Source: Eledone cirrhosa
Lineage: Eukaryota
Assembly (NCBI GenBank): GCA_964016885.1
Contig: OZ024742.1
Coordinates: forward strand, 373,984,001-374,048,000
Length of the DNA stretch: 64,000 nucleotides
Reading direction: 5' to 3'
In this document: piece after piece, positions 29,760 to 37,252 of the stretch
How positions within the stretch are numbered: position 1 is the first letter of the stretch
Layout of the letters: every line of letters begins with the position of its first letter
Position numbers and translations under genes: made by a program
Notes under the pieces: model-generated
Database searches by the model: none
What the model saw: only the letters and a program-made list of their open reading frames with translations
Told to the model about the DNA's origin: nothing

Positions 29760-30209
29760 CTTTAGAAGAATGGTATTAGTACAGATAATAGTTGTTGTTA
29801 AAATAACAAGACTGGCTTTTTGGTTTATATACAAAGGTTTACTTCATTGAAGTCAAAAAAAGGACGATAAACATATTACCACTAGTTGTGAAGGTTGACG
29901 ATGTTATTAGTGTAGTTGGCTGATGAGGCTGTTGGTAGTAAAAAGAGTTGCTCTTAACATGTTCACTGGAGTAGGATAGTATTTGCACTCCACGTGTTGT
30001 GGGTGAAACTGAAGTGGAGAAGGCGAAGTCACCTCCGTTCTCCAGGGCTGCTGCGGGTAAAAGAGAGAGAACACTCTCGCTGTCTCAATATATAGTCCCT
30101 ATGGTGACGTAACTCCAATTACCTCCTGTTGTTAACACTAGGGGTCACTACAGTCCCCAAGGGACGTAACTCTTATGAGTTCTGGATTTCACTGCTAGGT
30201 GTCGCTACA
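29760..30209 (-). mobile_element. Putative 5' LTR (~450 bp)
   Basis: Minus strand starts TGTAGCGACACC at 30209, right next to a satellite monomer that resumes at 30210. TATA-like TATATATT near 30087-30094. The inner boundary lacks a clean CA, so it is approximate. Confidence 0.7.
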
Positions 30210-30360
30210 ACACCAACACAACCTCTTTACAGTGTAAACTTGGTGCTTTTTTGTGGTTTCACCAGCATGACTGCCTCAATGTTGGCTGGGTGCTTTTGTT
30301 GTTGTTGTGACACCAGATCAGCATACAAGGTGGACATTGAGCTTTTTGCCGTGGTACAGC
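30210..30360. repeat. Residual, increasingly degenerate satellite-like monomers beyond the LTR
   Basis: ACACCAACACAACCTCTTTACAGTGTAAACT...GCTTTTTTGTG, then two or three decayed units in the same orientation as the main array. Confidence 0.8.
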
Positions 30361-30610
30361 ATTGTGAGAGGTCAGATGTCAAGCATGTGTAAGTTTCATA
30401 CGTTAGGCATGTGCAGTGTATCAGGACTGGGTTCAAACCCTGCTAATGTCAACATTGTCAATAAAAAAACTGGGGACAATATAATCAGATTTCCTGACAC
30501 TCCCAAATTACTGGCCTTGAACCTAAAGAAGAAATCCGTATTTTATTTTCATTTTATTTATTAGCTTCCCTTCAATATAATTCTTTTTTTATTTGAAATC
30601 TTCTTTTTAG

Positions 30611-30678
30611 GCTTCTCTTCCAAATCCATGATGAACTTCTATTTGAAGTCCCAGATAATAAACTTGAAGAAATTAAAG
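30611..30678 (+). CDS. POLN: DNA polymerase nu-like (family A), penultimate coding exon, motif C: (R)LLFQIHDELLFEVPDNKLEEIK
   Basis: Polypyrimidine tract and TTTTTAG acceptor, AAG|GTATC donor, 68 nt. QIHDELLFEV is family A polymerase motif C. Phase joins the next exon in frame. Confidence 0.88.
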
Positions 30679-30859
30679 GTATCATTTCTTTCAGTTGGGG
30701 ATTCTTAGGGGTTTTTTCGTGGGGGGGGGGGGGGCTAAAAGCAAAACATTATTCTGTGGAAGCCTTGCCAAATAAGGGTTCAAAGGACTCTTCAGTTGTG
30801 TCATAGGAATGACATCCAACACTTGCTAAACACAGGACAAGAAACTTCAGTTGTACCAA

Positions 30860-31232
30860 AAACATAATGGCCACTCTGATGTTGGTATTATGATAAAACA
30901 CACCCAGTACACTCTGTAAAGTGGAAGATGAGTAACTGGAATTGAGTAGTGACTTGGTCTGTGATAACCCATCCAACCTTGGCTAGCAGAGAAAACAGAT
31001 ATTAAATGATGCAGACGATGATGATGACTAAGCTGTATAATAATGTCACTGCTTGAGTATAGCAGCCCACTCTGTAAACTGCAGGTGTGGGGCCATGATA
31101 AAAAGCACAAAGAGTACCCTGTAGGGTGGTTGCAATGGTGTCATGACAAAAAGCACCTTGTCTAATCTGTAAGATGGTAGTGTTAGTGGCACAATAAAAT
31201 GCACCCAGCCCACTCACTAAACTGGTAATGCT
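30860..31232. repeat. Degenerate satellite-family/RTE-tail monomers, inverted relative to the main array
   Basis: About four ~48-bp units such as GGTGTCATGACAAAAAGCACC and CACCCAGTACACTCTGTAAAGTGG, plus a decayed RTE tail (AACCTTGGCTAGCA...GATGATGATGA) at ~30975-31030. Confidence 0.75.
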
Positions 31233-33248
31233 AGTGGTGGTGGTGGTGGAAGTAGTTGTGGTGGTGGTGGTGGAAGTAGTGGTGGTGGTGGTGGAAGTAG
31301 TTGTGGTGGTGGTGGTGGAAGTAGTGGTGGTGGTGGTGGAAGTAGGTGTGGTGGTGGTGGTGGTAGAAGTAGTTGTGGTGGTGGTGGTGGAAGTAGTGGT
31401 GGTGGTGGTGGAAGTAGTTGTGGTGGTGGTGGTGGAAGTAGTGGTGGTGGTGGTGGAAGTAGGTGTGGTGGTGGTGGTGGTAGAAGTAGTTGTGGTGGTG
31501 GTGGAAGTAGTTGTGGTGGTGGTGGTGGAAGTAGTGGTGGTGGTGGTGGAAGTAGTTGTGGTGGTGGTGGTGGAAGTAGTTGTGGTGGTGGTGGAAGTAG
31601 GTGTGGTGGTGGTGGTGGTAGAAGTAGTTGTGGTGGTGGTGGAAGTAGTTGTGGTGGTGGTGGTGGAAGTAGTGGTGGTGGTGGTGGAAGTAGTTGTGGT
31701 GGTGGTGGTGGAAGTAGTGGTGGTGGTGGTGGAAGTAGGTGTGGTGGTGGAAGTAGGTGGTGGTGGTGGTGGAAGTAGTGGTGGTGGTGGTGGAAGTAGG
31801 TGTGGTGGTGGTGGAAGTAGGTGGTGGTGGTGGTGGTGGAAGTAGGTGGTGGTGGTGGTGGAAGTAGGTGTGGTGGTGGTGGAAGTAGGTGGTGGTGGTG
31901 GTGGTGGAAGTAGTGGTGGTGGTGGTGGAAGTAGGTGCGGTGGTGGTGGAAGTAGGTGTGGTGGTGGTGGTGGAAGTAGTGGTGGTGGTGGTGGAAGTAG
32001 TGGTGGTGGTGGTGGTGGTGGTGGAAGTAGGTGGTGGTGGTGGTGGAAGTAGGTGGTGGTGGAAGTAGTGGTGGTGGTGGTGGTGGAAGTAGTGGTGGTG
32101 GTGGTGGAAGTAGGTGTGGTGGTGGTGGAAGTAGTGGTGGAAGTAGGTGTGGTGGTGGTGGAAGTAGTGGTGGTGGTGGTGGTGGAAGTAGTGGTGGTGG
32201 TGGTGGAAGTAGGTGTGGTGGTGGTGGAAGTAGTGGTGGAAGTAGGTGTGGTGGTGGTGGAAGTAGGTGTGGTGGTGGTGGTGGTGGTGGTGGAAGTAGT
32301 GGTGGTGGTGGTGGAAGTAGGTGGTGGTGGTGGTGGAAGTAGTGGTGGTGGTGGTGGTGGAAGTAGTGGTGGTGGTGGTGGAAGTAGGTGGTGGTGGTGG
32401 TGGAAGTAGTGGTGGTGGTGGTGGAAGTAGTGGTGGTGGAAGTAAGTGTGGTGGTGGTGGTGGTGGAAGTAGTGGTGGTGGTGGTGGAAGTAGTGGTGGT
32501 GGTGGTGGAAGTAGGTGTGGTGGTGGTGGTGGAAGTAGTGGTGGGGGTGGAAGTAGGTGTGGTGGTGGTGGTGGAAGTAGTGGTGGTGGTGGTGGTGGAA
32601 GTAGTGGTGGTGGTGGTGGAAGTAGTGGTGGTGGTGGTGGAAGTAGGTGTGGTGGTGGTGGTGGAAGTAGTGGTGGTGGTGGTGGAAGTAGTGGTGGTGG
32701 TGGTGGAAGTAGGTGTGGTGGTGGTGGTGGAAGTAGTGGTGGGGGTGGAAGTAGGTGTGGTGGTGGAAGTAGGTGTGGTGGTGGTGGTGGAAGTAGTGGT
32801 GGTGGTGGAAGTAGGTGTGGTGGTGGTGGTGGAAGTAGGTGTGGTGGTGGTGGTGGAAGTAGTGGTGGTGGTGGAAGTAGGTGTGGTGGTGGTGGTGGTG
32901 GTGGAAGTAGTGGTGGGGGTGGAAGCAGGTGTGGTGGTGGTGGTGGTGGTGGAAGTAGTGGTGGTGGTGGTGGTGGAAGTAGGTGTGGTGGTGGTGGTGG
33001 TGGAAGTAGTGGTGGTGGAAGTAGTGGTGGTGGTGGAAGTAGGTGTGGTGGTGGTGGTGGTGGTGGTGGTTGAAGTAGTGGTGGTGGTGGTGGTGGAAGT
33101 AGGTGTGGTGGTGGTGGTGGTGGTGGAAGTAGTGGTGGTGGAAGTAGTGGTGGTGGTGGAAGTAGGTGTGGTGGTGGTGGTGGTGGTGGAAGTAGTGGTG
33201 GTGGAAGTAGTGGTGGTGGTGGAAGTAGGTGTGGTGGTGGTGGTGGTG
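31233..33248. repeat. ~2-kb complex G-rich microsatellite, (GGT)n runs punctuated by GGAAGTA(G/GT)
   Basis: Read directly. Ends ~30 nt upstream of the last POLN acceptor. Confidence 0.98.
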
Positions 33249-33278
33249 TCTATTATTTTCATTGTTACCTTCTTACAG

Positions 33279-33403
33279 ATATTGTGAAGGGAGTGATGGA
33301 ATCTGCTGAAGATCTGTGTGGAAATATGGTGCAACTGACCGTACCTTTGAAAGTAACAATCAGTACTGGTAAGTCTTGGGGTCAAATGACTGATCAGAAA
33401 TAG
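33279..33403 (+). CDS. POLN: DNA polymerase nu-like, last coding exon: DIVKGVMESAEDLCGNMVQLTVPLKVTISTGKSWGQMTDQK*
   Basis: TTCTTACAG acceptor, in-frame join (G|AT = Asp), stop TAG 33401-33403. MES...L.VPLKV....G.SWG C-terminus, with extra residues between MES and VPL that from memory favour POLN over POLQ. Confidence 0.85.
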
Positions 33404-33436
33404 ATCTATTGATTTCACAATGGATTACTGCATCTA

Positions 33437-33631
33437 TGAGGGTCAGCTGAAAAGTTCATACGTTGACTATAGAGGACTGATGCAAGAGCTGTCAAATCTT
33501 GCATGCATTAATTTCAACTCTTATTAATAACTGCATTGTTTATTTCCAGGGACTATGTTGAAAAATAAACCTCATCTGGTCATTCCATGAGAGTATCTTG
33601 GTCAGGCTATGAACTTTTCAGTCAACCCTTG
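33437..33631. mobile_element. Mariner-type MITE (~195 bp) in the POLN 3' UTR
   Basis: TA|TGAGGGTCAGCTGAAAAGTTCATA ... TATGAACTTTTCAGTCAACCCTTG|TA: imperfect ~24-bp TIRs with flanking TA. Confidence 0.8.
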
Positions 33632-33757
33632 TAGATATGTCTACATCTACATCTACATGGAGATATGTCTACATCTACACATTTCTACATGTAGATATGT
33701 CTACATCTACATGTAGATATGTCTGCATCTATATCTACATGTAGCTATTTCTACATA
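33631..33757. repeat. Palindromic minisatellite of GTAGAT/ATCTAC units
   Basis: Repeated ATGTAGATATGTCTACATCTAC variants. Confidence 0.85.
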
Positions 33758-34089
33758 TACTAGACACATGTTTATTTGTTATTGTTTCTGCTACTGAATA
33801 ACCTCACTCAACCATGTCTACACAGACACTCAATTGTTCCATTAAACTAAATATAATATATCTTGTCTGAGGCCATATTATATTACTCACTACTGGTTTA
33901 TGTGGGGTATACTGTTGTAGATTTTGATGTCATAGCACAACCTGGTATACCTTTTTTTATTTATATTGCCTTCTTTCAAATTATATATATAAATGAAGAA
34001 CTCAGCCTTCAGGGTCCCTACTCTTTATAATATATATATATTTTTTTTTATCAGCTCAATATTATTTACCTCCCAGTGGATTACTAAAA

Positions 34090-34230
34090 TCAGTGCTGTG
34101 TCAAATACTTAGCACAGTTTCCACTCTTTACATTCTGAGTTCAAATCCTGCTGTAGTCAGCTTTGCTTTTCCTCCTTCCAGGGTTGATAAAATCCAATAT
34201 TAGTCAAGTATTGTGATCAATATAATCACA
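34090..34230 (+). mobile_element. Decayed SINE (MetaSINE-like domain); related fragments at ~30420-30535, 40712-40775, 44295-44362, 56915-57029, 61093-61212
   Basis: B-box-like GAGTTCAAATCC followed by CTTTGCTTTTCCTCCTTCCAGGGTTGATAAAAT...AGTCAAGTA. The same motifs recur at the other loci. Confidence 0.6.
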
Positions 34231-35307
34231 TTTCAGCCATTTTATTTTCTGGCCTTCTTCAAGTGTCTCATGTATTTGGTAATGTTCTTCAAATTTTAAA
34301 CTAAACCCTTTATTTAAACCATGAGTAGATTGGTGTCCCAAAATGTCTAAAGTCTGGAGGCTCATTAGGCCGGTATTTATCCTGTCTTCCCTTTGACATT
34401 AAGTGACTAAGACTCCCTGCATTTGATGCCTTTAAAATGGGTTGTTTTGTTGCATATAACCAGAGACCCAAGAACTATGTCATGGGTAGACATATCTGTG
34501 GAATGTTCAGCCACTTACACATAAATTTCATAAGCAAGCTGTCCTGTTAACCAAACAACTAGAACACTCATCAAACCTAACAGAGATCCATCCACAACAG
34601 ATATCTGAAGATGGCCAGTGGAACACAATTGGTAAAATGTGATTTTCACAGCCAAAATGAAGACATTAATACAACAAAGTTTATAATATATTCTCTTCTT
34701 CTTCCTAAGATATTCTTTAAGATGTCCATTGTGATATTTTATTTGTTAATTTCTGAATTTCAGTTGGTTTATATTTTAAGTTTTATTGCATTTTATTTAG
34801 AGTAATAATTTTTAATGATTAAATAAAACATTATGAAATATATAATGTATTTTCTGAGTTTTACCTTAAAATTTAATTAATATATATATCATCGTCATTT
34901 TATTCTCTTCTGGCATGGGTTGGACAAGCAATTACACACCAATCAGAGCTACTGGCTTCATAGATGAAGTTTCATTCAACATATTCCATTTTGTGGCATG
35001 GTTTCTATGGCTGGATGTTACATTACAGAGTGTACTAGGTGTACCTTCTCTCATCATGTCTTACTGCCATGCAACGTTGTATATCCAACAGAACATACTC
35101 ACCTCATCTCTTAATAGCCACGCAAGGCCCATATCTCACTACCATACAACATTGCTGTTTATATATAAACATAATACAGAGAAAAGCCTTTTTTAGCCAG
35201 ATCTTACAGCTCTCTAAACTATTTCCAGCCTGTTCTTCTGGTTACTACGGTGTACCCACCTCAACAACTGATCACTATCAACATACTTCCTGTGTGCCTT
35301 CTAAGCA

Positions 35308-35570
35308 TGTGGGTTAGGGTGTTGGACTTACAATCCTAATGCCATGGGTTCAGTTCTTGGCCTGAGTGGCATGTTTTGTCCTTGAGCAAAACACTTCACA
35401 TTGCTTCTGTCCCCTCAGCTGAAACTGAATACCAGCAGTAACTGGGGATCAACCATGCAATTGACTGGTGTCCTGTCCAATGGGCAATACTCTTAGTCTC
35501 TCTATACTAATGAAATTGGGACAGACTGACTTGGTCAGCTTCTAGGTTTTGGACAGACTTGTTTTCTTAT
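35308..35570 (+). mobile_element. tRNA-derived SINE (CORE/V-SINE-like), same family as 57404-57680
   Basis: GGTTAGGGTGTTGGAC head, B-box-like GGGTTCAGTTC, TCCTTGAGCAAAACACTT, and ACTGGTGTCCTGTCCA, collinear with the 57.4-kb copy. Confidence 0.7.
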
Positions 35571-35574
35571 TTTG

Positions 35575-36335
35575 TGTGTGTTCTTACTGCCAACAACTAC
35601 TGTACATCTATCACAAATGAAGTCCACCTGTAATTCCAGCAACACCATAGGCTACACTTACTACTTTCTATGGAATTTCTACCGACTCCTTTTCTACATA
35701 GTGAGCAGGCCACTCCCTTCATCATAGCAGCTGTCTTCTTTCCTACATTTATTCTAAAGCATTTCAGTTCATTAACCTCTCATATTTCTAGAATACATTC
35801 CCAGTATAATTCTTCCTTACATCCAGATTTAAACTACGACATGCAGAACACCTCATGTCACAGGTGATTGGTAAACTTGTTTTCAGCTTCTTTGCCTGCT
35901 GTGTATATGTTATCTAGCTTCCCTTTTAACTACCTGATCTTGTTCTACCACTAAGTTACCGTCTGGTGCCTTGCTCAAGCTGTGGGTCTTGTCAATAGCA
36001 GCAGGTTGTCATGTAGAAATTTCTAATTCTCCTCTGTCATATCTATTTCCTCACCCCTCTCATCATGTTACAGGCAGCTTTTCTGAGCCTATATTTGACA
36101 GAGAGGTCCTTTAACACCCATACCTTCCTTGTCCAGATTCTCCTGCATTCTGTCTTATTCTTATTCTGATGTCACTGATAACTAACATCTGTTTGGTAAT
36201 GCATTCTTCTCAGGGAGAGCCAATACTTCTGCCTGGGAGATCAGTGGTTCTGCTTCAGTACTTTGTCTATATGGACCTGTCCAACCCTTGCTAGCAGGGA
36301 AAACAGACATTAATATGACAATGATGATGATACAA
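35575..36335. mobile_element. Highly decayed, internally deleted RTE LINE remnants
   Basis: ATGGAATTTCTACCGACTCCTTTTCTACA is antisense to the PHD segment CRKGVGRNS. A decayed RTE tail sits at ~36275-36335. Confidence 0.55.
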
Positions 36336-36466
36336 AACTGATTATTCCCTCCATTGCTACTCTGAGTTTCCCACATTATGTTATGCATTCTTTTACTGAA
36401 GGAACTGCATTGACTACTTAGAGTAACACAGAATCATCAGCTTCAAACACACACACACACACATAC

Positions 36467-37238
36467 GAACAGCAATGTTGCATGGTAGTGAGACCTGGGC
36501 ATTGTGTGCAGAGGATATACGCAGACTAGAGAGGAACGAAGCTTGCATGCTCCGCTGGATGTGTAACAGTAATATACGTGAACGGCAAAGCATAAACGAA
36601 CTAAGGAAAAAATTAGAGATAAGAGGGATCAGATGTTGTTTACTCGAGAGAAGGCTGCGTTGGTATGGACACGTGATGCGCATGAAAGTCGATAGCTGTA
36701 TAACAAAGTGCAGGGCAATAAAGATAGACGGTAGCCACGGAATAGGCAGACCTAGAAAAACCTGGGATGAGCTGATAAACTCCGACCTCACACACTTACA
36801 CCTCTCCAAGACAATGTCACTGGACCGAGACCTTTGGCGGTACTCAGTAACAGAGAAGACCCGCCTTGCCAGTAGGCATCTCTAACAAAATACACCCCGT
36901 CCCGCCACCACCCCCACCCCATCCACACCACCCCGTTCTATGTAAAGTTATGTTGGTGCCGCGCCATCCAGGCCGAAACAAATGAGATCGTGTAGGTGTC
37001 ACGACAAAAAAACACACAGTCCACGCTGTAATGTGGCCGTGTAGGCAACACGGTAAAAACCTCCCAGCCCCACACTGTAAATGTGGTTGGTGTTAGGAAG
37101 GGCATCCAACTGTAGAAAACCTGCCAGACAGTCCTATGCGAGCAAGACAATCACTCTTGCCTCAAGTGGGACTACCCCCGTCCAAACCCATGCAAGCGTG
37201 GAACACGGACGTTAAACGTTGATGATGATGATGATGAT
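36467..37238 (+). mobile_element. 5'-truncated RTE LINE (subfamily B): ORF C-terminus, 3' UTR and (GAT)n tail
   Basis: MLHGSETW...RRLRWYGHVMR...GRPRKTW, stop at 36885. Starts just after a (CA)n tract and ends in (GAT)6. Confidence 0.93.
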
Positions 37239-37252
37239 ACACATATATACAC

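Larger units (their letters stand above)
25859..30209 (-). mobile_element. Degenerate Ty3/Gypsy LTR retrotransposon, CsRn1-like; 5' LTR present, 3' LTR absent, most of gag deleted
   Basis: Minus-strand order: gag CHCC knuckle (CWYHERF..NHCVQPC), protease (FLVDTEAS), RT ([22 protein letters not shown]), RNase H (DASDTAVGAVLQQ, FTDHKPL), integrase (HxxxHPG, CxxC, DIVGP, TDHGRQF). Broken by stops and frameshifts. tRNA-Trp-like PBS present. Confidence 0.95.

Noticed and set aside
30611-30678. Bacterial polA fragment (contamination or HGT)
   Set aside because: Bounded by GT-AG splice sites and joins in phase to a downstream exon with POLN-like spacing.
31217-33418. Mucin-like Thr/Pro/His ORF (733 aa) and poly-Val/Gly ORFs
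   Set aside because: Translations of the (GGT)n microsatellite with frame slips. It lies within the POLN-like intron and overlaps the real last exon in antisense.
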